A stretch of DNA of 64,000 nt from Pristiophorus japonicus. Its lineage: Eukaryota. Shown here one piece after another: positions 33,940-46,661 of the stretch (position 1 is the stretch's first letter; each line of letters begins with the position of its first letter). The DNA is taken from assembly GCF_044704955.1 (NCBI RefSeq), contig NC_092008.1, forward strand, positions 2,418,001 through 2,482,000, given 5' to 3'. The notes beneath the pieces are model-generated. The model searched no databases and was not told the DNA's origin. It saw only the letters and a program-made list of their open reading frames with translations. The position numbers and the translations under genes are program-made.

Positions 33940-36900
33940 GTGAGTGTCCTCCCCGGCCACTCCTCATCTCGAGGGAGCGCCGCACTGCGCTGTCGGAGGG
34001 GCGGTAGTGAGGGAGCCCCGCACCGCACTGTCGGAGGGGCAGTACTGAGGGAGCGCCGCACTGTCGGAGGGGCAGTACTGAGGGAGCCCCGCACTGTCGG
34101 AGGGGAGGTACTGAGGGAGCCCTGCACTGTCGGAGGGACAGTACTGAGGGAGCCCCGCACTGTCGGAGGGGCGATAGTGAGGGAGCCCCGCACTGTCGGA
34201 GGGGCGATAGTGAGGGAGCCCCGCACTGTCGGAGGGACAGTACTGAGGGAGCCCCGCACTGTCGGAGGGGCGATAGTGAGGGAGTGCCGCACTGTCGGAG
34301 GGGCAGTACTGAGGGAGCCCCGCACTGTCGGAGGGGCGGTAGTGAGGGAGTGCCGCACTGTCGGAGGGGCAGTACTGAGGGAGCCCCGCACTGTCGGAGG
34401 GGCAGTACTGAGGGAGCCCCGCACTGTCGGAGGGGCGGTACTGAGGGAGTGCTGCACTGTCGGAGGGGCAGTACTGAGGGAGTGCCGCACTGTCGGAGGG
34501 GATGTACTGAGGGAGTGCCGTACTGTCGGAGAGGCAGTACTGAGGGAGTGCTGCACTGTCGGAGGGGATGTACTGAGGGAGTGCCGCACTGTTGGAGTGG
34601 CAGTACTGAGGGAGCGCTGCACTGTCGGAGGGGCGGTACTGAGGGAGTGCTGCACTGTCGGAGGGGATGTACTGAGGGAGTGCCGCACTGTTGGAGGGGC
34701 AGTACTGAGGGAGCGCTGCACTGTCGGAGGGGCGGTACTGAGGGAGTGCTGCACTGTCGGAGGGGATGTACTGAGGGAATGCCGCACTGTCGGAGGGGCA
34801 GTACTAAGGCAGTGCCGCACTGTCGGAGGGGCAGTACTGAGGGAGTGCCGCACTGTCGGAGGGGCAGTACTGAGGGAGCGCTGCACTGTCGGAGGGGCGG
34901 TACTGAGGGAGTGCCGCACTGTCGGAGGGGCAGTACTGAGGGAGCCCCGCACTGTCGGAGGGGCGGTACTGAGGGAGTGGTGCACTGTCGGAGGGGCAGT
35001 ACTGAGGGAGTGCCGCACTGTCGGAGGGGATGTACTGAGGGAGTGCCGTACTGTCGGAGAGGCAGTACTGAGGGAGTGCTGCACTGTCGGAGGGGATGTA
35101 CTGAGGGAGTGCCGCACTGTTGGAGTGGCAGTACTGAGGGAGCCCCGCACTGTCGGAGGGGCGGTACTGAGGGAGCCCCGCACTGTCGGAGGGGCGATAG
35201 TGAGGGAGCCCCGCACTGTCGGAGGGGCAGTACTGAGGGAGTGCCGCACTGTCGGAGGGGCTGTACTGAGGGAGTGCCGCACTGTCGGAGGGGCAGTACT
35301 GAGGGAGTGCCGCACTGTCGGAGGGGCGGTACTGAGGGAGCCCCGCACTGTCGGAGGGGCAGTACTGAGGGAGAGGCGGATGTGTGATGGTCTCTGGTGG
35401 ATATATGTCGAATGAGAGCAGGGGCAGTTCTCCCTGTCATGAGCCCTCGAGGGGATTCACAGTTCTTAGTTGTGTACCTCGCTGGTCTCTGTGGTACAGA
35501 TCACGAGCTGTTTGACAGGGCAGCCTGGTTTAACCCGCACTGTCCCCGGCTAGGCTCAGGAACTACCTGCGGGGGAAGTGGTCTCAATGGGGACAGCGTC
35601 AGCTTATTGTAGCAACAGGAGGAGGCCGTTCAGCCCCTCGAGCCTGTTACATTAGGAACAGGAGGAGGCCGTTCAGCCCCTCGAGCCTGTTACATTAGGG
35701 ACAGGAGGAGGCCATTCAGCCCCTCGAGCCTGTTACATTAGGGACAGGAGGAGGCCGTTCAGCCCCTCGAGCCTGTTACATTAGGGACAGGAGGGGGCCG
35801 TTCAGCCCCTCGAGCCTGTTACATTAGGGACAGGAGGAGGCCGTTCAGCCCCTCGAGCCTGTTACATTAGGAACAGGAGGAGGCCGTTCAGCCCCTCGAG
35901 CCTGTTACATTAGGGACAGGAGGAGGCCGTTCAGCCCCTCGAGCCTGTTACATTAGGGACAGGAGGGGGCCGTTCAGCCCCTCGAGCCTGTTACATTAGG
36001 GACAGGAGGAGGCCGTTCAGCCCCTCGAGCCTGTTACATTAGGGACAGGAGGAGGCCGTTCAGCCCCTCGAGCCTGTTACATTAGGGACAGGAGGCGGCC
36101 GTTCAGCCCCTCGAGCCTGTTACATTAGGGACAGGAGGAGGCCATTCAGCCCCTCGAGCCTGTTACATTAGGAGCAGGAGGAGGCCGTTCAGCCCCTCGA
36201 GCCTGTTACATTAGGGACAGGAGGAGGCCGTTCAGCCCCTCGAGCCTGTTACATTAGGGACAGGAGGCGGCCGTTCAGCCCCTCGAGCCTGTTACATTAG
36301 GAACAGCAGGAGAGAGAGCGCGGGGAGCGGAGGGGGCCGGCAGGAGTGGAGGGCGAGGGGAGGGTGAGAGAGAGGGAGGTAACTACACGTATAATGGAGA
36401 CGTATGTTCTCTCTGATAATTCTCAGTTAACAGGAACCGAAACCCTCGTTCGTCAAGGTTAAAGGAGAGGTCGTGGTTCAACTGGTTGGGCAACTTTCCA
36501 TTTTATCNNNNNNNNNNNNNNNNNNNNNNNNNNNNNNNNNNNNNNNNNNNNNNNNNNNNNNNNNNNNNNNNNNNNNNNNNNNNNNNNNNNNNNNNNNNNN
36601 NNNNNNNNNNNNNNNNNNNNNNNNNNNNNNNNNNNNNNNNNNNNNNNNNNNNNNNNNNNNNNNNNNNNNNNNNNNNNNNNNNNNNNNNNNNNNNNNNNNN
36701 NNNNNNNNNNNNNNNNNNNNNNNNNNNNNNNNNNNNNNNNNNNNNNNNNNNNNNNNNNNNNNNNNNNNNNNNNNNNNNNNNNNNNNNNNNNNNNNNNNNN
36801 NNNNNNNNNNNNNNNNNNNNNNNNNNNNNNNNNNNNNNNNNNNNNNNNNNNNNNNNNNNNNNNNNNNNNNNNNNNNNNNNNNNNNNNNNNNNNNNNNNNN

Positions 36901-39900
36901 NNNNNNNNNNNNNNNNNNNNNNNNNNNNNNNNNNNNNNNNNNNNNNNNNNNNNNNNNNNNNNAATTGTGTTCTGACACCAGGGTTGTGTTCCCTCCTGTT
37001 ACAATCAGTGCGAGGAGGAAGTCGGGAGGAGGGTGAAGCGATGAAGCTCGGTCCCATTGCCCCCAGCTGTATCTACACCTTCATCCTCCTCACCCGCCCC
37101 GCGGGGCTTGGCTCAGCCATGCGTGAGTGTCCTCCCCGGCCACTCCTCATCTCGAGGGAGCGCCGCACTGCGCTGTCGGAGGGGCGGTAGTGAGGGAGCC
37201 CCGCACCGCACTGTCGGAGGGGCGGTACTGAGGGAGCGCCGCACTGTCGGAGGGGCGGTACTGAGGGAGCGCCGCACTGTCGGAGGGGCGGTAGTGAGGG
37301 AGCCCCGCACCGCACTGTCGGAGGGGCAGTACTGAGGGAGCGCCGCACTGTCGGAGGGGCAGTACTGAGGGAGCCCCGCACTGTCGGAGGGGAGGTACTG
37401 AGGGAGCCCTGCACTGTCGGAGGGACAGTACTGAGGGAGCCCCGCACTGTCGGAGGGGCGATAGTGAGGGAGCCCCGCACTGTCGGAGGGGCGATAGTGA
37501 GGGAGCCCCGCACTGTCGGAGGGACAGTACTGAGGGAGCCCCGCACTGTCGGAGGGGCGATAGTGAGGAAGTGCCGCACTGTCGGAGGGGCAGTACTGAG
37601 GGAGCCCCGCACTGTCGGAGGGGCGGTAGTGAGGGAGTGCCGCACTGTCGGAGGGGCAGTACTGAGGGAGCCCCGCACTGTCGGAGGGGCAGTACTGAGG
37701 GAGCCCCGCACTGTCGGAGGGGCGGTACTGAGGGAGTGCTGCACTGTCGGAGGGGCAGTACTGAGGGAGTGCCGCACTGTCGGAGGGGATGTACTGAGGG
37801 AGTGCCGTACTGTCGGAGAGGCAGTACTGAGGGAGTGCTGCACTGTCGGAGGGGATGTACTGAGGGAGTGCCGCACTGTTGGAGTGGCAGTACTGAGGGA
37901 GCGCTGCACTGTCGGAGGGGCGGTACTGAGGGAGTGCTGCACTGTCGGAGGGGATGTACTGAGGGAGTGCCGCACTGTTGGAGGGGCAGTACTGAGGGAG
38001 CGCTGCACTGTCGGAGGGGCGGTACTGAGGGAGTGCTGCACTGTCGGAGGGGATGTACTGAGGGAATGCCGCACTGTCGGAGGGGCAGTACTAAGGGAGT
38101 GCCGCACTGTCGGAGGGGCAGTACTGAGGGAGTGCCGCACTGTCGGAGGGGCAGTACTGAGGGAGCGCTGCACTGTCGGAGGGGCGGTACTGAGGGAGTG
38201 CCGCACTGTCGGAGGGGCAGTACTGAGGGAGCCCCGCACTGTCGGAGGGGCGGTACTGAGGGAGTGGTGCACTGTCGGAGGGGCAGTACTGAGGGAGTGC
38301 CGCACTGTCGGAGGGGATGTACTGAGGGAGTGCCGTACTGTCGGAGAGGCAGTACTGAGGGAGTGCTGCACTGTCGGAGGGGATGTACTGAGGGAGTGCC
38401 GCACTGTTGGAGTGGCAGTACTGAGGGAGCCCCGCACTGTCGGAGGGGCGGTACTGAGGGAGCCCCGCACTGTCGGAGGGGCGATAGTGAGGGAGCCCCG
38501 CACTGTCGGAGGGACAGTACTGAGGGAGCCCCGCACTGTCGGAGGGGCGATAGTGAGGGAGTGCCGCACTGTCGGAGGGGCAGTACTGAGGGAGCCCCGC
38601 ACTGTCGGAGGGGCGGTAGTGAGGGAGTGCCGCACTGTCGGAGGGGCAGTACTGAGGGAGCCCCGCACTGTCGGAGGGGCAGTACTGAGGGAGCCCCGCA
38701 CTGTCGGAGGGGCGGTACTGAGGGAGTGCTGCACTGTCGGAGGGGATGTACTGAGGGAGTGCCGTACTGTCGGAGAGGCAGTACTGAGGGAGTGCTGCAC
38801 TGTCGGAGGGGATGTACTGAGGGAGTGCCGCACTGTTGGAGTGGCAGTACTGAGGGAGCGCTGCACTGTCGGAGGGGCGGTACTGAGGGAGTGCTGCACT
38901 GTCGGAGGGGATGTACTGAGGGAGTGCCGCACTGTTGGAGGGGCAGTACTGAGGGAGCGCTGCACTGTCGGAGGGGCGGTACTGAGGGAGTGCTGCACTG
39001 TCGGAGGGGATGTACTGAGGGAGTGCCGCACTGTCGGAGGGGCAGTACTAAGGGAGTGCCGCACTGTCGGAGGGGCAGTACTGAGGGAGTGCCGCACTGT
39101 CGGAGGGGCAGTACTGAGGGAGCGCTGCACTGTCGGAGGGGCGGTACTGAGGGAGTGCCGCACTGTCGGAGGGGCGGTACTGAGGGAGCCCCGCACTGTC
39201 GGAGGGGCGGTACTGAGGGAGTGGTGCACTGTCGGAGGGGCAGTACTGAGGGAGTGCCGCACTGTCGGAGGGGATGTACTGAGGGAGTGCCGTACTGTCG
39301 GAGAGGCAGTACTGAGGGAGTGCTGCACTGTCGGAGGGGATGTACTGAGGGAGTGCCGCACTGTTGGAGTGGCAGTACTGAGGGAGCGCTGCACTGTCGG
39401 AGGGGCGGTACTGAGGGAGTGCTGCACTGTCGGAGGGGATGTACTGAGGGAGTGCTGCACTGTTGGAGGGGCAGTACTGAGGGAGCGCTGCACTGTCGGA
39501 GGGGCGGTACTGAGGGAGTGCCGCACTGTCGGAGGGGCAGTACTGAGGGAGTGCCGCACTGTCGGAGGGGCAGTACTGAGGGAGGTCCGCACTGTTGGAG
39601 GGGCGGTACTGAGGGAGTGCCGCACTGTTGGAGGGGCGGTACTGAGGGAGTGCCGCACTGTCGGAGGGGCGGTACTGAGGGAGTGCCGCACTGTCGGAGG
39701 GGCAGTACTGAGGGAGTGCCGCACTGTTGGAGGGGCAGTACTGAGGGAGCGCCGCACTGTCGGAGGGGCAGTACTGAAGGAGCGCCGCACTGTCGGAGGG
39801 GCAGTACTGAGGGAGCCCCGCACTGTCGGAGGGGCAGTACTGAGGGAGTGCCGCACTGTCGGAGGGGCAGTACTGAGGGAGTGCCGCACTGTCGGAGGGG

Positions 39901-42900
39901 CAGTACTGAGGGAGCGCTGCACTGTCGGAGGGGCAGTACTGAGGGAGTGCCGCACTGTCGGAGGGGCAGTACTGAGGGAGCGCTGCACTGTCGGAGGGGC
40001 AGTACTGAGGGAGATTGTATTAATCCCACAACCAGCGCCAGTAACAACAGGTGACCTGCTGTGGTCACTTCTCTTTGTAGCCCCTGTTCCAGTTGATGGG
40101 AAGATCCTGGTGACCCTGTACTTCACGGATGACCCAAGCCTCCCGGCGATCGTGGTACAGGCCCAGACAGCAGACCGACTTGTCCTGCACTACGACAGCA
40201 CGATGACGAGCGTCCAGTTATTGGTCAGCGGCCTGGAGCCCTACCACAGCCTCCTGGACGAGCTCTTGCAGAAGAACGAAGACAATACCGTCAAACTGCA
40301 ACGCAGCCTAATGCGTGACCTCACCGCGCTGACCAACGACTCGCGTCCCCACAACGGTCAGTCCTGGTCGGGGGCGGGGTGGGGGGAGGGAGGGGGGGTT
40401 GCTGTCATATCTTAACAACATAGCTTTTAGCCTGTGACAGCGCAGTGAGTCGCTCCCTCAGTACTGCCCCTCCGACAGTGCGGCACTCCCTCAGTACCGC
40501 CCCTCCGACAGTGCGGCACTCCCTCAGTACCGCCCCTCCGGCAGTGCGGCACTCCCTCAGTACCGCCCCTCCGACAGTGCGGCACTCCCTCAGTACCGCC
40601 CCTCCGACAGTGCGGCACTCCCTCAGTACAGCCCCTCCGGCAGTGCGGCACTCCCTCAGTACCGCCCCTGCGACAGTGCGGCACTCCCTCAGTACTGCCC
40701 CTCCGACAGTGCGGCACTCCCTCAGTACCGCCCCTCCGGCAGTGCGGCACTCCCTCAGTACCGCCCCTCCGGCAGTGCGGCACTCCCTCAGTACCGCCCC
40801 TCCGACAGTGCGGCACTCCCTCAGTACCGCCCCTCCGACAGTGCGGGGCTCCCTCAGTACTGCCCCTGCGACAGTGCGGCACTCCCTCAGTACTGCCCTT
40901 CCGACAGTGCGGCGCTCCATCAGTACTGCCCCTCCGACAGTGCGGCGCTCCCTCAGTACTGCTCCTCCGACAGTGCGGCACTCCCTCAGTACTGCCCCTC
41001 CGACAGTGCGGCGCTCCCTTAGTACTGCCCCTCCGACAGTGCGGCGCTCCATCAGTACTGCACCTCCGACAGTGCGGCGCTCCCTCAGTACCGCCCCTCC
41101 GACAGTACGGTGCTTCCTCAGTACCGCCCCTCCGACAGTGCGGGGCTCCCTCAGTACTGTCCCTCCGACAGTGCGGCGCTCCCTCAGTACCGCCCCTCCG
41201 ACAGTGCGGCGCTCCCTCAGTACCGCCCCTCCGACAGTGCGGTGCTCCCTCAGTACCGCCCCTCCGACAGTGCGGGGCTCCCTCAGTACCGCCCCTCCGA
41301 CAGTGCGGGGCTCCCTCAGTACCGCCCCTCCGACAGTGCGGGGCTCCCTCAGTACCGCCCCTCCGACAGTGCGGGGCTCCCTCAGTACTGCCCCTCCGAC
41401 AGTGCTGCGCTCCCTCAGTACCGCCCCTCCGACACTGCGGCGCTCCCTCAGTACCGCCCCTCCGACAGTGCGGGGCTCCCTCAGTACCGCCCCTCCGTCA
41501 GTGCGGCACTCCCTCAGTACCGCCCCTCCGACACTGCGTCGCTCCCTCAGTACCGCCTCTCCGACAGTACGGCACTCCCTCAGTACTGCCCCTCCGACAG
41601 CGCAGTCAGTCTCTGAAACTCAGCCCGACTGGACTCCCAGTGTGCCCCAGCGATGGGCCGCTGGGTGGACCGAGGCGAGACCTCCTTCCTGGGGCCCTAT
41701 CTACCTCCTCAGGCCGACATTAAAGACCGCGTCGGCACTGTTGGTGGAAGAGAGGGCACCTCTGCTCAACCGTCACCTGAACAACCCCAAAAGACATCGC
41801 CTGTGTGTTGTGGAATGTTGCCGGTTGACATTGTCCCGTACATAACCACAAAGACTGCGCTGGACCAGGCTGCTGCTGGGACTGGAGAATCTTAGCTATG
41901 AGGAAAGGTTGGAGAGGCTGGGTTTGTTTTCTTTGGAACAGAGGAGGCTGAGGGGAGACTTTATTGAGGTGTATAAAATTATCAGGAGCCTGGATAGTCA
42001 TTATCCCTCATCGGCAGTCCCTCGGGATCGAGGAAGACTTGCTTCCACTCTTAACACGACTCCTTCGGTGGCTGAACAGCCCAATATGGGAGCCACAGTC
42101 CCTGTCACAGGGGGGACAGACAGTGGTTGATGGAAGGGGAGGGTGGGACTGGTTTGCCGCACGCTCCTTCCGCTGCCTGCGCTTGGTTTCTGCACGCTCT
42201 CGGCGACGAGACTCGAGGTGCTCAGCGCCCTCCCGGATGCACTTCCTCCACTTAGGGCGGGACTGGTCTTTGGGCCCAGGGACTCCCAGGTGTCGGTGGG
42301 GATGTTGCACTTTATCAGGGAGGCTTTGAGGGTGGTCCCTTGTAACATTTCCTCTGCCCACCTTTGGCTCGTTTGCCCGTGAAGGAGTTCCTAGTAGAGC
42401 GCTTGCTTTGGGGAGTCTCGTGTCTGGGGGACATGCGGACAATGTGGCCCTGCCCAGCGGAGCTGGTCGAGTGTGGTCAGTGCTTCGATGCTGGGGATGT
42501 TGGCCTGGTCGAGGACGCTAACGTTGGTGCGTCTGTCCTCCCGGGGGATTTGCAGGATCTTGCGGAGACAGCGTTGGTGGTATTTCTCCAGCGACTTGAG
42601 GTGTCTACTGTACATGGTCCGTGTCTCTGAGCCATACAGGAGGGCGGGTATCACTACAGCCCTGTAGACCATGAGCTTGGTGGTAGGTTTGAGGGCCTGG
42701 TCTTCGAACACTCTCTTCCTCAGGCGGCCGAAGGCTGCACTGGCGCACTGGAGGTGGTGTAGGACCTCATCGTCGAGGTCATCCCTTGTTGATAAGAGGC
42801 TCCCGAGGTATGGGAAATGGTCCACGTTGTCCAGGGCCGGGCCGTGGATCTTGATGACTGGGGGGTGGGGGGCAGTGCAGGGCTACGGACCGAGAGCTGG

Positions 42901-45900
42901 AAAGTGGGATTAGGCCGGGATGGCTCTTGGTCGGCCGGCAGACACGATGGGCCGAAATGGCCTCCGTCCATTCTGTAAATCTCTCCGCTCTTATGATGTG
43001 CGACGACCAGATCGGTGGAAGGTGAACTGGTTGGGCTTGGGTCTACTCCCCTGTTCTTCTACCCCACCCAGACTCGCGTCCCCCATGTAGTAATGAGCTC
43101 CCGGTTCTTCCCACCGAAATGTAATCTCACATTTATCTGTGTCGGGCCTCATTTGCCAGTTCCGCGCCCGTTCCGCGAGTTTATCCCCAGTGTTGGACAG
43201 CCCCCTCCTCCCCAGTTTGTCCACGAGGGTCCTGACGCTCCGGGTCCCCGAGCTCCACGTTAGCGGAGCGGACGATGCCCGTGCGTGAGTTCTTTTCACG
43301 TGAGGGTTGGCCATTGCACAACGGGCCGCCACACGGCCTTGACGGAGCGAGGTCTGGGTCCCGTGGCAAGGCGGGGGGGGGCGGTCCGAGGCGATGGGGC
43401 CACCAGGCCCCACTGTGTGAGCCTGGTGCGAGATCTTGGCCGCAAGCTGGGTAGCGTTCTTGGTGGTCCGAGGCTTGGTTGGAGAGGGGGGGGCGGGCAT
43501 TGGGAGGGTCAGTGGTCAAACGGCGCCCCCCCTCCCCCACGATCTGCGAGAGAACAGCTCCGCAGGGTCGGGCTACAAAGGAGCTGGAGGGACCGACCAC
43601 CTCAACCTGTCCTCTCCTCCCTTCTCAACCGGTGCTTGCAAGCACAATGGCCTCCGACCTTCCAAGCCGTTTGATCAAGCGCTGAAGTTGTTGGAGAGTC
43701 CGTGACGAACTATTTCACGCCCTCCTTTTCAGAGATCGGCGAGGTCCTCCTGTACACGGAGCGGGCCGCCAGCCTCGGTCAGCCCAACGTTCTGGCCTGC
43801 CTGGTCACCGGGTTTTTCCCGCCGGCGGTCAACGTGACCCTGTCCGAGAACGACCGGCCCCTCTCCGGCAGAGTCAACTCATCGCGGGTCTCCATCGGGG
43901 AGGGCTGGCGCTTCCAGGTGCTGCACTACGCCGCGATCCGGCCGGCGGCCGGAGACGTGTACTCCTGCACGGCAGTGCACGGCATCAGCAAGGAGGAGAG
44001 AGTCGCCTACTGGGGTAAGAGTTCTCAAACATCCGGGCGGGTAAATCAGCCTCAACTCCCCCCCCCCCTCCGAGGGCAGCCCGTCGATCGGGGACCGGTA
44101 GAGGGACCCTTCGCTGTGAGGCTGCTCTGTGGGACGGGTGCGTGGAGAACACAAGGGACATGATCCGATCTTGGGCTCAGCTCCACTTCCCCGCCCGCCC
44201 CTTCACTCCCTTATCGCTCAACAATCTGTCTGTCTCCGCCTTAAATATATTCAAATGACCCAGCCCCTCCACAGCTCTCTGGGGCAGAGAATTCCACAGG
44301 TTCACCAGAAGAAATTCCTCCTCAACATAGAAACATAGAAAATAGGTGCAGGAGCAGGCCATTCGGCCCTTCGAGCCTGCACCGCCATTCAATATGATCA
44401 TGGCTGAACATGCAACTTCAGTACCCCATTCCTGCTTTCTCTCCATACCCCTTGATCCCTTTAGCCGTAAGGGTCACATCTAACTCCCTTTTGAATATAT
44501 CTAACGAACTGGCCTCAACAACTTTCTGTGGTAGAGAATTCCACAGGTTCACAATTCTCTGAGTGAAGAAGTTTCTCCTCATCTCGGTCCTAAATGGCTT
44601 ACCCCTTATCCTTAGACTGTGACCCCTGGTTCTGGACTTCCCCAACATCGGGAACATTCTTCCTGCATCTAACCTGTCCAATCCCATCAGAATTTTATAT
44701 GTTTCTATGAGATCCCCTCTCATCCTTCTAAATCCCAGTGAATATAAGCCTAGTCGATCCAGTCTTTCTTCATATGTCAGTCCTGCCATCCCGGGAATCA
44801 GTCTGGTGAACCTTCGCTGCACTCCCTCAATAGCAAGAATGTCCTTCCTCAGATTAGGAGACCAAAACTGAACACAATATTCCAGGTGAGGCCTCACCAA
44901 GGCCCTGTACAACTGCAGTAAGACCTCCCTGCTCCTATACTCAAATCCTCTCGCTATGAAGGCCAACATACCATTTGCCGCCTTCACCGCCTGCTGTACC
45001 TGCATGCCAACTTTCAATGACTGATGAACCATGACACCCAGGTCTCGTTGCACCTCCCCTTTTCCTAATCTGTCACCATGGGCGGCCCCTTATTCTAAGA
45101 TCATGCCCCCGAGTTCTAGTCTCCACTCTCAGGATGGCTGGACTGACATATGAGGAGACCCTGGATCAACTGGGCCTTTATACACTGGAGTTTAGAAGGA
45201 TGAGAGGGGATCTCAGAGAAACATATAAAATTCTGATGGGACTGGACAGGTTAGATGCGGGAAGAATGTTCCCGATGTTGGGGAAGTCCAGAACCAGGGG
45301 TCACAGTCTAAGGATAAGGGTTTGGCCATTTAGGATCGAGATGAGGAGAAACTTCTTCACTCAGAGAGTTGTTGACCTGTGGAATTCCCTGCCGCAGAGA
45401 GTTGTTGAGGCCAGTTCATTGGATATATTCAAGAGGGAGTTAGATGTGGCCCTTACAGCTAAAGGGATCAAAGGTTATGGAGAGAAAGCAGGAATGGGGT
45501 AACTGAGGGAATGATCAGCCATGAGCTTATTGAATGGTGGTGCAGGCTCGAAGGGCCGAATGGCCTACTCCTGCACCTATTTTCTATGTTTCTATCAGTG
45601 GAAACATCCTCTCTGCATCCACCTTGTCGAGCTCCCTGATAATCTTCCACGTTTCGATAAGATCACCTCTCATTCTTCTGAATTCCAATGAGTAGAGGCC
45701 CAACCTCCTCAACCTTTCCTCATAAGTCAACCCCCTCATCCCCGGAATCAACCGAGTGAACCTTCTCTGAACTGCCTCCAAAGCAAAGTGTATCCTTTCG
45801 TAAATATGGAAACCAAAACTGCACGCAGTACTCCAGGTGTGGCCTCACCAATACCTTATCTAGTTGTAGCAGGACTTCCTTACTCATATACTCCAACACC

Positions 45901-46550
45901 CCCCCCCCGTCCTACAATAAAGGCCAAGTGGAAGGGGAGAGTGTAGTGTTTGCAAGCACTCGAGTAATGACTCCACGAGGTAAGGGACTGCACTTGAACT
46001 GTTGTGACCTGAGTCCATTTCTTGCTGCTCCTGAATGAGGGTACAGTAAGCCGGGCTCCCTTTTAGAATTGGTTACCTGCGGTGTGCAGGTGACCTCTGG
46101 GTCTCCACCAGTTGCACCCTCTGGTGGTACAGGTATGGTGTATACAGTGTGAAGGTACACTCATTGGCCTTATGTAACTGTACATTGAGTGTACAGGGTA
46201 TACACGTACACAACAGAGAGGGTAGCAGTGGATCAGAGCGGAGCCCGAGCAGAGTTTGGGGTGTGACTTGTTCCTCGCGGAGGGAGCTGGGGACTGGGGC
46301 CAGTCGGCCTGTGATTCTCACCGCCCTGACCGAGCCTGCCGTTTGATTTGCAGAGCCCGACGTGCAGGACGACCCGGAGGGTGGAGACCAGCAGGACCCG
46401 GGCGGGCTGGCCGTGTTGGTGTGTGGACTCGTTGTGGGGTTACTCGGGACCATGGCTGGTCTGGGCCTGTGCTTCTGTTCCAGAGTGGTGGACCGGGAGT
46501 CTCAGATGCTGCAACTTAGGCCCCAAGCCTCGTCCTCAACTTCGGCCTGA
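33858..46550 (+). CDS. MHC W-category-like alpha chain gene (WA-like): leader 33858-33939 or 37041-37122, alpha1 40081-40356, alpha2 43733-44014, TM/cyt 46354-46550
   Basis: GT-AG phase-1 introns and a continuous open frame; beta2m-like alpha2 domain with a class II alpha-type TM. Confidence 0.88.
37041..37122 (+). CDS. WA-like leader exon copy 2 (same peptide)
   Basis: Copy of 33858-33939 offset by 3183 bp. Confidence 0.78.
37155..40012. repeat. 33-bp SINE-derived minisatellite, largest array (others 26648-27352, 28659-29725, 31460-32190, 33972-35372, 40437-41605, 47449-47620, 58517-59295)
   Basis: Unit gcactgtcggaggggcggtactgagggagcgcc; source of the long spurious ORFs. Confidence 0.95.
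40081..40356 (+). CDS. WA-like alpha1 domain exon ([15 protein letters not shown]...LVLHYDS...[12 protein letters not shown])
   Basis: Acceptor ctctttgtag, donor gtcagt, 276 nt; strands then amphipathic helix, no Cys, C-terminal sequon NDS at the usual MHC alpha1 position. Confidence 0.82.
43733..44014 (+). CDS. WA-like alpha2 Ig C1 exon, beta2-microglobulin-like
   Basis: Acceptor ctccttttcag, donor gtaaga, 282 nt; [54 protein letters not shown]. Confidence 0.93.
44175..45900. mobile_element. Cluster of nested CR1 3' fragments on both strands in WA intron 3
   Basis: ORFs 44418-45053 (-), 45134-45502 (+), 45584-45781 (-). Confidence 0.85.
45942..46215 (-). mobile_element. Solo LTR with 5-bp TSD GAGAG; related LTR at ~13700-13943
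   Basis: TG...CA termini, gagag on both flanks, shared ccaccagaggg core. Confidence 0.7.
46354..46550 (+). CDS. WA-like connecting peptide/TM/cytoplasmic exon
   Basis: Acceptor gatttgcag; acidic stalk, then [15 protein letters not shown] (GxxxGxxGxxxG as in class II alpha TM); TGA at 46548; AATAAA near 47957. Confidence 0.88.
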
Positions 46551-46661
46551 GAAACGGACCCCCCCCCCAAACTGTGACTTGGGGCAATAGTTGCTCACTG
46601 GCTGTGACCCCCCGCTCTCCCAGGACTTCGTGTGCCAAGTTCCTCTGCTTTACTCTGCATA

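Larger units (their letters stand above)
32191..37155 (+). repeat. 3183-bp tandem segmental duplication containing the WA promoter and leader
   Basis: Offset of 3183 at 32191/35374, 33325/36508 and 33858/37041; a few substitutions between copies. Confidence 0.9.

Noticed and set aside
37073-40415. ORFs of 800-1000 aa ([17 protein letters not shown], mucin-like repeats)
   Set aside because: Translations of a stop-poor 33-bp minisatellite open in several frames on both strands; only 40081-40356 is a real exon
43733-44014. beta2-microglobulin gene itself
   Set aside because: Preceded by an alpha1 exon and followed in frame by a TM exon; Phe56 is not conserved
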